Source: an uncultured Rhodobacteraceae bacterium (GTDB lineage Bacteria > Pseudomonadota > Alphaproteobacteria > Rhodobacterales > Rhodobacteraceae). From it: a stretch of DNA of 64,000 nt. The notes beneath the pieces were generated by a model. The model was not told the DNA's origin and made no database searches. It worked only from the letters and a program-made list of their open reading frames with translations. Location: assembly GCA_949372595.1 (NCBI GenBank), contig CASIAN010000005.1, positions 21,772-85,771 of the forward strand, written 5' to 3'. Both the position numbers and the translations under genes were made by a program. Positions 28,493 through 37,929 of the stretch are shown one piece after another (the stretch's first letter is position 1; every line of letters starts with the position of its first letter).

Positions 28493-30193
28493 ATGAGACC
28501 GGTAAATTATCTAGCTATAGTGCTATTGTGTGTCACTTTGGGTGTCCCGATATCGGGTGCGGCAAAGTCTCTTTCGGGGGCCTATCTGGCGGCCCGTCAA
28601 GCAGATCTGGAACGGGACTATAGGGTTTCTGAACAATACTATACTCGCGCCGTGCAACAGGACCCAAACAATCCGGTCCTGATGGAACATTTGATTATGG
28701 CACATATGTCGCTGGGACAGTTTGCTGCGGCATCTCCCGTGGCGCAGCGGCTCGATGCACAGCAGGTTGATAGCCAATTGGTCAATATGATGCAGATCGC
28801 CACAAGTGCTGAACAGGGCCAGTACGATAGCATCTTGCAGCGCATTGATCAGGGCAAAGGCATCGGTGCGCTGATCGATCGCTTGCTGGTGGCTTGGGCG
28901 ATCACGGGTCAGGGTAGAATGTCGGATGCTTTAAAAGCGTTTGATGAGGTGGCAAAAAAACAGGGTGTTGAGGCATTTGCGCGCTATCACAAAGCGCTGG
29001 CTTTGGCCCATGCTGGGGATTTTGAAAGCGCGGCTGAGATTTTTGAACAAACTGTGCAGGCGGGTATTCGGCTCACTCGCAGGGGTGTCATTGCTCAGAT
29101 CCAAGTGCTCAGCCAGTTGGATCTTGATGATCAGGCAATAGCGGTGTTGGATCTCAATTTTGACGCGTCGGTTGATCCCGAAATCAGCAATCTCCGGCAG
29201 CGTTTGTCAGCGGGTGAGACGCTTGACTTTAGCATTGTGCGCACTCCGCGCGAGGGTTTGGCCGAGGTCTTTTATTCGATCGCAAATATCTTATCGGCAG
29301 ATGCAGAAGCTGATTATACGTTATTTTATACCCGCATTGCAGAGTATCTGCGCCCCGATCATCTGGACGCGGTGCTGTTTTCGGCCAGCCTGCTTGAGCA
29401 GCTTGAGCAATACGAACTTGCAAGTCAGAATTATACAAAAATACCGACCAGCGCCCCGTCATTTCACAATGCGGAATTGGGGCGGGCAGACACCTTGCAG
29501 CGCAGTGGTAACTTTGATGCTGCCATTGAGGTGCTGGAAAAACTGGCTCGAACCCATACAAATCTGCCGATCGTGCATTCAACACTGGGCGATACTTTGC
29601 GTCGGGAACAGCTGTTTGCAAGTGCAGTTGAGGCCTATGACCGGGCAGTATCGCTTTATGGTGGTGTGGGCCGGTCACCTTGGTTCATCCTTTATGCGCG
29701 GGGCATCAGCCATGAGCGGTTGGGGCATTGGCCGGAATCCGAGGCTGATTTGCGCGCTGCGCTGAAACTTAACCCAGAACAACCACAGGTGATGAATTAT
29801 CTGGGGTACTCACTGGTTGAAAAGCAAGCGAACTTACAAGAAGCCCTAGGCTTGATTAAGCGTGCAGTAGCCCTGCAACCTCAAAGTGGCTATATTGTCG
29901 ACAGCTTGGGCTGGGTGTTGTTTCGGTTGGGTCAATACACCAAAGCGGTGTCCCACATGGAACGCGCCACCGAATTGATGCCAGTCGATCCGATCGTCAA
30001 TGATCATTTGGGCGATGTCTATTGGTCTGTCGGACGTCGTCTGGAGGCGGAGTTTCAATGGAACCGTGCATTGTCTTTCAAGCCTGAAGAAAAAGACGCC
30101 ACCCGCATCCGACGCAAACTGGAAGTCGGTCTAGATCAGGTTTTGTCCGAAGAGGGCGCGCCGGCGTTGGAACTGGTCCAAGACGACGGGTAA
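28493..30193 (+). CDS. Secreted tetratricopeptide-repeat protein
   Basis: Signal peptide MRPVNYLAIVLLCVTLGVPISGAAKS, then repeated TPR-like helices (…AYDRAVSLYG…ALKLNPEQPQVMNYLGYSL…). Confidence 0.8.
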   Translation: MRPVNYLAIVLLCVTLGVPISGAAKSLSGAYLAARQADLERDYRVSEQYYTRAVQQDPNNPVLMEHLIMAHMSLGQFAAASPVAQRLDAQQVDSQLVNMMQIATSAEQGQYDSILQRIDQGKGIGALIDRLLVAWAITGQGRMSDALKAFDEVAKKQGVEAFARYHKALALAHAGDFESAAEIFEQTVQAGIRLTRRGVIAQIQVLSQLDLDDQAIAVLDLNFDASVDPEISNLRQRLSAGETLDFSIVRTPREGLAEVFYSIANILSADAEADYTLFYTRIAEYLRPDHLDAVLFSASLLEQLEQYELASQNYTKIPTSAPSFHNAELGRADTLQRSGNFDAAIEVLEKLARTHTNLPIVHSTLGDTLRREQLFASAVEAYDRAVSLYGGVGRSPWFILYARGISHERLGHWPESEADLRAALKLNPEQPQVMNYLGYSLVEKQANLQEALGLIKRAVALQPQSGYIVDSLGWVLFRLGQYTKAVSHMERATELMPVDPIVNDHLGDVYWSVGRRLEAEFQWNRALSFKPEEKDATRIRRKLEVGLDQVLSEEGAPALELVQDDG

Positions 30194-30235
30194 GGCGCTG
30201 CCTTGTGCCTGTCGGCAAGGCGTGGGCCCAAAAGA

Positions 30236-31240
30236 TTAATGTAAGCGGTTTAACACGTAATCGATCAAGTCACCAAGAATTTCACGCAGTGGATGCTCTG
30301 GCATGTCGTGCAGTGCGGATCTGGCAATCATGCCATAATCCTGAGCGTCGCTGCGAGCGCTTTCAAAAGCCCCATGCGCCGCCATCAGGGCGATTGCATG
30401 CTCAAGATCGCCTTTTTCCTGTTGGCCATTGCGAATGGTGCGGTGCCAGAACGCCCGCTGTGTCTGATCTGCTGCCTCAATGGCTTTGATCATAGGCAAG
30501 GTCAATTTGCGCTCGCGAAAATCATCGCCGATGTTCTTGCCGGTCACGGTTGGATCGCCTTGAAAATCCAGCAGGTCATCAACAATCTGAAAGGTGACGC
30601 CGAGCGCGTCGCCATAGGTGTATAATGCCTCAATTTGTAGTTTTGGGGCCTGAGCGATAACGCCGCCTACTTTCGTGGCAGCGGCGAATAATGCTGCAGT
30701 CTTGCCACGCACCACCTGCAAATATGTCGCCTCGTCCGTCGCTAGATTCTGCGCAGCAGTGAGTTGCAGAACTTCCCCTTCAGCGATCTGTGCTGAGGCA
30801 TCTGCCAGAATGTCCAAGACCTCAATAGATCCGGTTTCCACCATCAATTGAAAACTACGCGCAAAGAGATAATCTCCAACCAGAACAGAGGATTTATTAT
30901 CCCACAGCAGGTTTGCAGTGGGGCGGCCCCGGCGTTGGGCGCTCTCATCCACCACGTCATCGTGCAGCAATGTGGCGGTGTGAATAAATTCAACCGTGGC
31001 AGCGAGGTGGACATCAAAAATCCCGTCATATCCACAGAGTTCTGCTGCGGCGAGGGTCAACATGGGGCGTAGACGCTTGCCGCCAGAATCGACCAGATGT
31101 GCTGTGACTTCGGGAATCCGTGGCGCATGTTTTGAAGCCATGCGGCTTTTGATCAGAGCATTCACCTCGGCCATTTTGACGGACAGATGCTCACTGAGGT
31201 GATCTTGGGGTTTTGAGCCAGTTTGGGGCAAGTGGTGCAT
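30236..31240 (-). CDS. ispB: Polyprenyl diphosphate synthase (octa/decaprenyl, IspB-type)
   Basis: Both aspartate-rich motifs are present (LLHDDVVDES and FQIVDDLLDF). 334 aa. Confidence 0.88.
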   Translation of the reverse strand: MHHLPQTGSKPQDHLSEHLSVKMAEVNALIKSRMASKHAPRIPEVTAHLVDSGGKRLRPMLTLAAAELCGYDGIFDVHLAATVEFIHTATLLHDDVVDESAQRRGRPTANLLWDNKSSVLVGDYLFARSFQLMVETGSIEVLDILADASAQIAEGEVLQLTAAQNLATDEATYLQVVRGKTAALFAAATKVGGVIAQAPKLQIEALYTYGDALGVTFQIVDDLLDFQGDPTVTGKNIGDDFRERKLTLPMIKAIEAADQTQRAFWHRTIRNGQQEKGDLEHAIALMAAHGAFESARSDAQDYGMIARSALHDMPEHPLREILGDLIDYVLNRLH

Positions 31241-31292
31241 TCTCCGGTTTCAAGGCTCGACAAAGGCGATACCTAGGCTTTAAAACTTGTCT

Positions 31293-31511
31293 ATGGAAGA
31301 ACTTCTCAGAACCACAGACATTACAGTGACAGCCTATGTGCGGGCGATCTTGATCGACGCAGGTATAGAGCCGTTTGAGTTAGACGTAAATATGAGTGTG
31401 CTCGAAGGGTCCATCGGCATTTTGCCGCGCCGGATTATGGTGCGCAGTGACGAGCTTGTTGCGGCTCGAATCCTGATGAAGGCACATGACATTGACGTAA
31501 AAGAGGTCTGA
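31293..31511 (+). CDS. DUF2007 domain protein (putative signal-transducing protein)
   Basis: MEELLRTTDITVTAYVRAILIDAGIEPFELDVNMSVLEGSIGILPRRIMV... matches the family pattern. It shows conserved synteny with the downstream methyltransferase. Confidence 0.6.
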   Translation: MEELLRTTDITVTAYVRAILIDAGIEPFELDVNMSVLEGSIGILPRRIMVRSDELVAARILMKAHDIDVKEV

Positions 31512-32278
31512 TGGGGCACGAGGTGGATTCTAGTCTGACAGAGGACGCATTCCTCGGAGGGCGTTTGCGCTTGCTGCAACCAGCGCAAGGCTATCGCGCG
31601 GGGGTTGATCCGGTTTTATTGGCTGCGTCGGTGCCGGCCATGCTGGGGCAGCGGGTATTGGAATTGGGATGCGGGGTTGGCGCGGCACTGCTCTGTCTGG
31701 GGCGTCGGGTACCGGGGCTGTCTCTGACTGGTGTCGAAATCCAGCCACTCTATGCGGATTGTGCCCGCCGCAACGCGCTGGGCAATGGTATTGAGGCTCA
31801 AGTGGTGCAGGCCGACCTAAGTCACTTGCCACCTGAGATCCGGCAAATGCGTTATCATCATGTGTTGGCGAATCCGCCGTATTTTTTGCGCGAAAATGGC
31901 ACGCCCGCGTCAAATGTCTCGCGCGAGACAGCTCTTGGAGAACAGACCTCTCTTGCAGTTTGGGTGCAGACGGCGGCGAAACGGCTTGAACCCGGGGGGC
32001 ATGGGACCTTTATCCAGCGCGCCGATCGCCTTGAGCAGCTTTTGACGTTGATGGGCCAACATCTTGGTAGCCTGCAGGTTTTACCCTTTGCGCCAAGAGT
32101 GGCCCGCGACAGCCATTTGGTGCTTGTCCGGGGGCGCAAAGGCGGGCGGGCGCGATTGCGGTTGCATGCGCCAGTGATTATGCATTGTGGGGTGGCTCAT
32201 GTGCGGGACGCAGACGATTACAGTACCGAAATATCGGCAGTTCTGCGTGAGGCACAGGGTCTAAATTTCCCACTATAG
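31511..32278 (+). CDS. SAM-dependent methyltransferase (tRNA1(Val) m6A37 / YfiC-like)
   Basis: SAM motif VLELGCGVGAA and catalytic NPPY (LANPPYF). The ATG overlaps the upstream TGA. Confidence 0.8.
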   Translation: MGHEVDSSLTEDAFLGGRLRLLQPAQGYRAGVDPVLLAASVPAMLGQRVLELGCGVGAALLCLGRRVPGLSLTGVEIQPLYADCARRNALGNGIEAQVVQADLSHLPPEIRQMRYHHVLANPPYFLRENGTPASNVSRETALGEQTSLAVWVQTAAKRLEPGGHGTFIQRADRLEQLLTLMGQHLGSLQVLPFAPRVARDSHLVLVRGRKGGRARLRLHAPVIMHCGVAHVRDADDYSTEISAVLREAQGLNFPL

Positions 32279-32388
32279 GCGGATTTTTGCGGATTTCATA
32301 CGAGTTGTGGCATTTTTCTGCACTGCCGCGTGACAGTTGTCTCTGAATATGCTGCACTATATTCATGATCAAATGAGGAGAAATGGAT

Positions 32389-32559
32389 ATGAGCATAGGT
32401 TCGCATGTACAGGAACTGAAAAAGAAACATAAATCCCTTTCCAGCGCGGTCGAGCACGCGCAACAGGCCCCGAGCAGCAATACATTGCGAATTATGGAGC
32501 TGAAGAAACAAAAACTGCGTCTCAAGGAAGAAATTAACCGTTTAGACGCTGAAATTTAA
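32389..32559 (+). CDS. DUF465 (YdcH-like) small protein, 56 aa (below the ORF-track cutoff)
   Basis: My own translation is MSIGSHVQELKKKHKSLSSAVEHAQQAPSSNTLRIMELKKQKLRLKEEINRLDAEI. GAGGAG lies 8 nt upstream, and LKKQKLRLKEEI is the family signature. Confidence 0.6.
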   Translation: MSIGSHVQELKKKHKSLSSAVEHAQQAPSSNTLRIMELKKQKLRLKEEINRLDAEI

Positions 32560-33036
32560 AACGGGCCTACCGGCGTCCAGACCACCAACTTAGACAAAGG
32601 TCGCCGGACTGATCGGTCGAAGGTGCGAGGCTCGCCTCAGGGCTACGTCGCATCATGAGATATGTTTGCTCATCGGCGTTGAATTGTTTCGCGGTCTTGC
32701 ACTCTTAATTGTCATGCCATTGCTGGCACCTTTAAAAAATATCTGGCGCCAAACTCTACGGTCGATCATTGCGAAACCGCAGCGGTTTTTACGTCAGTGA
32801 CTTAACCACCAACTTTCTAAAGGTGGGTTGGTTTTGTGTTGCCGCGTTTTTGATAAACATCGCATGTGGTGTGTGCTGGAAGTGAGTGCGCAATGCGGCA
32901 GTCTTCTTCAGGCGCCTCAGAGACCCGAGAGACAGACGCCCCAAAGACTGTTTCGAGTGTGTCCCAAAAAGGCGTGTGTTGTAACGCCAGCCTTTTTGGT
33001 GCGCCTCAATCTACACATAACAATCTGGAGGCGTTA

Positions 33037-33759
33037 TCATACGAAAAACTGTCCGCCGTTTGCGCTAATTGTGGACCCGTTGATAAATCCCGCATCATCT
33101 GACGCCAAAAACACCACACAGCGGGCAATTTCGGTAGGCGTACCCAAGCGACCGGCTGGAATCTGCGCCACGATCGAATCGCGGACTTTATCAGATAGCG
33201 CCATCACCATATCAGTGCCGATATAGCCCGGACATATGGCGTTTGCGGTGATGCCCATGCGCGCACCCTCATGGGCCAGTGATTTGGTAATGCCCAAATC
33301 GCCCGCTTTTGAGGCTGCATAGTTTACTTGTGCAAACTGGCCCTTTTGGCCATTGATCGAACTGATCGTGATGATCCTGCCGAATTTGCGTTCTCGCATG
33401 CCTGGCCAGACCGGGTGGGTCATATTGAATACACCAGACAGGTTGGTATCAATCACTTGCTGCCACTGATCGCGGGTCATTTTGTGAAACGGTGCGTCAC
33501 GGGTTATGCCGGCGTTGTTCACCAAGATTTCAACGGGGCCAAGATCGGCCTCAACCTGAGCAATCCCCGCAGTACAGGCGTCATAGTCGGAAACATCCCA
33601 CTTATAAGTTTTAATACCGCTCTCGGCGCTAAATTCCGCAGCTGCCGCTTCATTGCCGGCATATGACGCCGCAACTTGATATCCTGCTTCTTTCAAACCG
33701 ACTGAAATTGCGGCTCCGATACCTCGCGATCCACCGGTGACGAGTGCAACTCTTGGCAT
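33037..33759 (-). CDS. phbB: Acetoacetyl-CoA reductase
   Basis: 240 aa SDR: VALVTGGSRGIGAAI...NAG...YAASKAG. Adjacent to the thiolase gene. Confidence 0.92.
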   Translation of the reverse strand: MPRVALVTGGSRGIGAAISVGLKEAGYQVAASYAGNEAAAAEFSAESGIKTYKWDVSDYDACTAGIAQVEADLGPVEILVNNAGITRDAPFHKMTRDQWQQVIDTNLSGVFNMTHPVWPGMRERKFGRIITISSINGQKGQFAQVNYAASKAGDLGITKSLAHEGARMGITANAICPGYIGTDMVMALSDKVRDSIVAQIPAGRLGTPTEIARCVVFLASDDAGFINGSTISANGGQFFV

Positions 33760-33822
33760 TGTATTCTCCTAGTCCAATTAAATAACCACTAAAGCAATAG
33801 TATTACATTTTTAAATTAAATT

Positions 33823-33839
33823 ACGCAATATTATTGCGT
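33823..33839. promoter_or_regulatory. 17-bp perfect palindrome ACGCAATA-T-TATTGCGT overlapping the putative -35 of phbB
   Basis: Read directly from the sequence. On the minus strand it gives TTGCGT-N17-TAATAC ahead of the phbB start at 33759. Confidence 0.4.
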
Positions 33840-33943
33840 GACCGTATGTCACAATAATTGGCACGCAAGTCAACTTCATGAGAGAATGCGACGCGTACGC
33901 TTGGAAAAAGCGTCGCGCCGCTGTTGGAGTCTAAGATACAGTC

Positions 33944-35119
33944 TCACGGACGCTCTAGGCACATGGCGACACCCATCCCACCGCCAATACACAGCGTTGC
34001 CAGACCCTTTTTGGCATCCCGCCGCTGCATTTCGAAAAGCAACGTGTTGAGGATACGCGCGCCCGAGGCACCAATGGGATGCCCGATAGCAATGGCGCCG
34101 CCATTGACGTTCACAATCTCTGGATTCCAGCCCATATCTTTATTAACCGCGCACGCTTGCGCTGCAAAGGCCTCATTAGCCTCGACCAGATCGAGATCAC
34201 TGGCTTTCCAACCGGCTTTTTCAAGGGCTTTGCGTGAGGCATAGATCGGGCCGGCGCCCATAATCGATGGGTCGAGACCGACGGTCGCAAAAGACGCGAT
34301 GCGCGCCATTGGCGTGATACCCCGTGACTGGGCGTTTTCAACTGACATTAGCAGGGCTCCGGCCGCGCCGTCATTCAGGCCTGAGGCGTTGGCAGCGGTG
34401 ACAGAGCCGTCTTTGACGAAGGCGGGACGCAACTTTTGCATCGCCTCCATTGTGGCCCCGTAGCGGATATATTCGTCTTGATCGACAATGATGTCGCCCT
34501 TGCGGTTTTTGACAGTGAAAGCAACGATTTCATCTTTGAATTTGCCAGCTTTTTGCGCAGCTTCGGCTTTATTTTGCGAGGCGACGGCAAAGCTATCCTG
34601 CATTTCGCGGCTAATTTGCCATTTTTCGGCGACATTTTCCGCTGTTTGGCCCATGTGATAGCCGTTGAATGCATCCCATAAACCGTCACGAATCATAGAA
34701 TCGATATATGAAACGTCACCCATTTTCTGACCTGCTCGCAAATGAGCGACATGGGGGCTGAGTGTCATACTTTCCTGGCCGCCGGCAGCAACGATGTCGG
34801 CATCGCCCAGTTGAATGTGCTGGGATGCCAAAGCCACCGCACGAAGCCCAGACCCGCAGACTTGATTGATGTTCCATGCGGCGCTTTCGGTTGGAAAGCC
34901 GGCATTGATATGGGCCTGACGCGCCGGGTTTTGGCCCTGGCCCGCCGTAAGCACTTGACCCAAAATTGTTTCATCAACGTTAGATTTCTCAATCCCAGCG
35001 CGTGTGACCAGCGCTTCGAGCACGGCTGTGCCTAGATCATGTGCGGGCGTTTTCGCAAAGGCGCCTCCGAAACTGCCAACAGCTGTTCTTGCAGCTGAGG
35101 CTATTACAACATTGGTCAT
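33944..35119 (-). CDS. phbA: Acetyl-CoA acetyltransferase (beta-ketothiolase)
   Basis: 391 aa thiolase II (…[11 protein letters not shown]…[19 protein letters not shown]…[11 protein letters not shown]). Confidence 0.93.
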   Translation of the reverse strand: MTNVVIASAARTAVGSFGGAFAKTPAHDLGTAVLEALVTRAGIEKSNVDETILGQVLTAGQGQNPARQAHINAGFPTESAAWNINQVCGSGLRAVALASQHIQLGDADIVAAGGQESMTLSPHVAHLRAGQKMGDVSYIDSMIRDGLWDAFNGYHMGQTAENVAEKWQISREMQDSFAVASQNKAEAAQKAGKFKDEIVAFTVKNRKGDIIVDQDEYIRYGATMEAMQKLRPAFVKDGSVTAANASGLNDGAAGALLMSVENAQSRGITPMARIASFATVGLDPSIMGAGPIYASRKALEKAGWKASDLDLVEANEAFAAQACAVNKDMGWNPEIVNVNGGAIAIGHPIGASGARILNTLLFEMQRRDAKKGLATLCIGGGMGVAMCLERP

Positions 35120-35281
35120 GTGGGGTCCTCCCTGTTTAAACTTAACAGGGCGGTTTTCGGCATGGTCGGTGAGTAATACAAAAAGAGCCGCCCTTAATTG
35201 GGACTAAGTGTATTACATTTGCTGCGGTGCGGCAAGTCCAACCTAAACACTACTTGTGCACTCGCGATCGGGGTTTTCAGG

Positions 35282-36148
35282 TTACGAATTTGGGCGCACT
35301 TTCCAAGGTGGTGTAAGTGTGGGCGCCCCAAAGTGATAGCCCTGCAGACAATCTATGCCAAGCGTCTGAAGCCAAGCCGCCTCTGCGGGGGTTTCGACGC
35401 ATTCTGCAACGGTAAACATGTCAAATTGCTGCCCGATTGCAACCAAGGCCTGTGTGATCACCTGATTGTCTGGGTCATGGGCAATATTTCGGATAAACTG
35501 CCCGTCTATCTTTAGAATATCAAAGTGAAATTGTTTAAAATGCCGAAATGCGGTGTGCCCGGCGCCGAAATCATCCAATGCAAAGCTTATGCCTCTCGCT
35601 TGCAGGTCATTCATAAATCTGGCGACCAATTCAGGCACCAACATCGTAGAGCGTTCGGTGATTTCTAGAATCAAACGTTTTGCAAGCGACGGATCTTGCT
35701 TTAAAAACCGGTTGAGAACCCGCATCCAAGGTTGGTATGCAATCGACCTTGCCGACATATTAATGGACAGGCGCAGATTGGGGACTTTGACCATTGCTGT
35801 CAGGCCTTTTCGCAATGCCAAGCAATCGATATCGCGCCCCAGTTCAGTTTCCTCAATTACAGTAATAAATTCCCGCGCCGGGATCACCCTTTGGGTGTCA
35901 TCCAAGACACGGATCAAGGCCTCAAAAAAAGCAATTCGTTGAGGATCTTGAGCTTGAACCACCGGTTGATAGGCCAGCATGACGTTCTTGTGGCGTACCG
36001 ACGCGCGAACCATTTCGAGCGTTTGCGTATCGCGGTTTGCCACCGCCATCGCCAGCGGGTTGCCAAGCTGTACCGGCATTACCCCGGTGCCTTCGGGGTG
36101 TCTGATATTGGCGTTTCGCTGCTGCACACGTTTCTCCCTAATAATCAA
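35282..36148 (-). CDS. Stand-alone EAL-domain protein (putative c-di-GMP phosphodiesterase)
   Basis: FFEALIRV, ILEITE, DDFGAGHTAF, KIDG and ECVE...QGYHFG motifs are present, with no GGDEF or sensor domain. The start is uncertain (36148 or ATG 36079). Confidence 0.8.
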   Translation of the reverse strand: MIIREKRVQQRNANIRHPEGTGVMPVQLGNPLAMAVANRDTQTLEMVRASVRHKNVMLAYQPVVQAQDPQRIAFFEALIRVLDDTQRVIPAREFITVIEETELGRDIDCLALRKGLTAMVKVPNLRLSINMSARSIAYQPWMRVLNRFLKQDPSLAKRLILEITERSTMLVPELVARFMNDLQARGISFALDDFGAGHTAFRHFKQFHFDILKIDGQFIRNIAHDPDNQVITQALVAIGQQFDMFTVAECVETPAEAAWLQTLGIDCLQGYHFGAPTLTPPWKVRPNS

Positions 36149-36242
36149 AGTAAACTTGTTCAGATCAGGCTTAATGTGATATGAATCAGAAAACTTTTCT
36201 ATAATTTTACTTTAAATACCGTAAAAATTGATCGAGGCGGTT

Positions 36243-36827
36243 ATGGCAGAAAAATGTGGGTGGGCAGGGCCCGAAGATATTTATATTAAATATCATGACC
36301 ACGAATGGGGCGTTCCGCAATATGACGGGCGGCTGTTGTGGCAAATGCTGGTGCTGGAGAGTTTTCAGGCAGGGCTGAGCTGGATAATTATTCTCCGTCG
36401 GCGGGAAAGTTTCTTTCAAGCATTTGAGGGGCTTGATCCGAATGTGATCGCCACTTGGGGAGAGGTTGAAGTCAAAAAGCTCTTGATTGATAAAGGTATC
36501 ATACGCCATCGTGGAAAGATCGAGGCGACGCTTTCAAATGCCAAAGCTTGGCAAAAAATAGAAGCAGAAGGCGGGTTTTCCAACCTGCTATGGGGCGCCG
36601 TAGATGGACAGCCCATTCAAAATAACTGGCATCATCTGCAAGATGTCCCCGCAGAGACAGTTATTTCATTAAAATTGTCTGCACAATTGAAAGCTGAGGG
36701 GTTTCGATTTTGTGGCCCCAAGACGGTCTATGCTTTAATGCAAGCGGCGGGTCTGGTGAACGACCATCTGGTGGAGTGCCCGGCGCATGCCAAGGTGCGC
36801 CGATTGGCTGGTGTAAAGTCTGGTTGA
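36243..36827 (+). CDS. tag: DNA-3-methyladenine glycosylase I
   Basis: MAEKCGWAGPEDIYIKYHDHEWGVP...LVLESFQAGLSW...LVNDHLVECP. Confidence 0.9.
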   Translation: MAEKCGWAGPEDIYIKYHDHEWGVPQYDGRLLWQMLVLESFQAGLSWIIILRRRESFFQAFEGLDPNVIATWGEVEVKKLLIDKGIIRHRGKIEATLSNAKAWQKIEAEGGFSNLLWGAVDGQPIQNNWHHLQDVPAETVISLKLSAQLKAEGFRFCGPKTVYALMQAAGLVNDHLVECPAHAKVRRLAGVKSG

Positions 36828-37053
36828 CTCTGGTTTTGCACAGGGTATAAGCGCGGCTCATTGGTGTTGGTGGTCCCTGCAAGGGGAGGCCTGTCGGGAT
36901 GCACATGCACTCCAGAGGACAACGCCCTTTCAAACCTAGGCTATTCTGGCCCAAGGGGAGGATGCAAGCAAGTCAGGCACAGTTTCGCTTGGGGTTGCCG
37001 GTATCGGACACTTGATCAGGAGGCCGGGTGACACATAAGAAAGGAGATCAGCC

Positions 37054-37674
37054 GTGACCAAACGCACGTCTGCCAAGTACAAAATTGATCGCCGGATGGG
37101 TGAAAACATCTGGGGTCGTCCAAAATCCCCGGTGAACCGTCGTGAATATGGACCAGGCCAACATGGCCAGCGTCGCAAGGGCAAACTTTCTGACTTTGGT
37201 CTGCAACTGCGCGCCAAGCAGAAATTAAAAGGCCATTACGGTGATTTGACCGAAAAGCAGTTCCGCCGCATCTTTGGCGAGGCCGAGCGTGTAAAAGGCG
37301 ATACAGGTGAAAACCTGATCGGTCTTCTTGAGCGCCGTCTTGACACGGTGGTCTATCGCGCCAAGTTCGTCGCAACAATGTTTGCCGCGCGTCAGTTTGT
37401 GAACCACGGTCACGTCACAGTAAACGGCAAACGGGTCAACATCCCGTCCTACAGGGTCAAAGAGGGCGATGTTGTCGAAGTTCGGGACCGCTCGAAGCAG
37501 ATTGCGGTGGTGATCGAAGCCACGCAACTGGCCGAACGCGACGTGCCCGATTATATTGATGCGGATCATTCGAAAATGATAGCCACTTTCGTGCGTACGC
37601 CCGGATTGGGTGACGTGCCATTTGCGGTTCAAATGGAACCCAATCTGGTGATCGAATATTACGCTCAGAACTAA
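37054..37674 (+). CDS. rpsD: 30S ribosomal protein S4
   Basis: GTG start with AAGGAG upstream. (M)[25 protein letters not shown]... 206 aa. Confidence 0.95.
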   Translation: MTKRTSAKYKIDRRMGENIWGRPKSPVNRREYGPGQHGQRRKGKLSDFGLQLRAKQKLKGHYGDLTEKQFRRIFGEAERVKGDTGENLIGLLERRLDTVVYRAKFVATMFAARQFVNHGHVTVNGKRVNIPSYRVKEGDVVEVRDRSKQIAVVIEATQLAERDVPDYIDADHSKMIATFVRTPGLGDVPFAVQMEPNLVIEYYAQN

Positions 37675-37699
37675 TTTGAACATATATGACACACAGAGG

Positions 37700-37730
37700 G
37701 GCCGCCCAGTTGGGCGGCCTTTGCTTTTTT
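37700..37730 (+). terminator. Intrinsic terminator after rpsD
   Basis: GGCCGCCCA (37700-37708) pairs with TGGGCGGCC (37711-37719), followed by TTTGCTTTTTT. Confidence 0.75.
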
Positions 37731-37929
37731 AAACTCAACTGTTTAATATTCCCTGTGCAACAGACGTGTTTTAAGACAAACTTGCTGTTAAAACATCTTG
37801 GGTTTCGATGATTGTTCGTGACGCATCGCCTCTGATGCAAAAAAACATCGCTGTGTCATAAAAAAATCGTGGGCTTTTCATATCCATAATACGAGGCTAG
37901 ACCAGTGGCTAGATTTGGAGCGTGAGACT

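Noticed and set aside
32828-33226. Track ORFs 32828..33226(+) and 32866..33102(+).
   Set aside because: Their 3' halves are antisense to phbB. The 5' halves lie in the unassigned gap but have TTG/GTG starts without an RBS, and their composition is Cys/Arg-rich and not protein-like.
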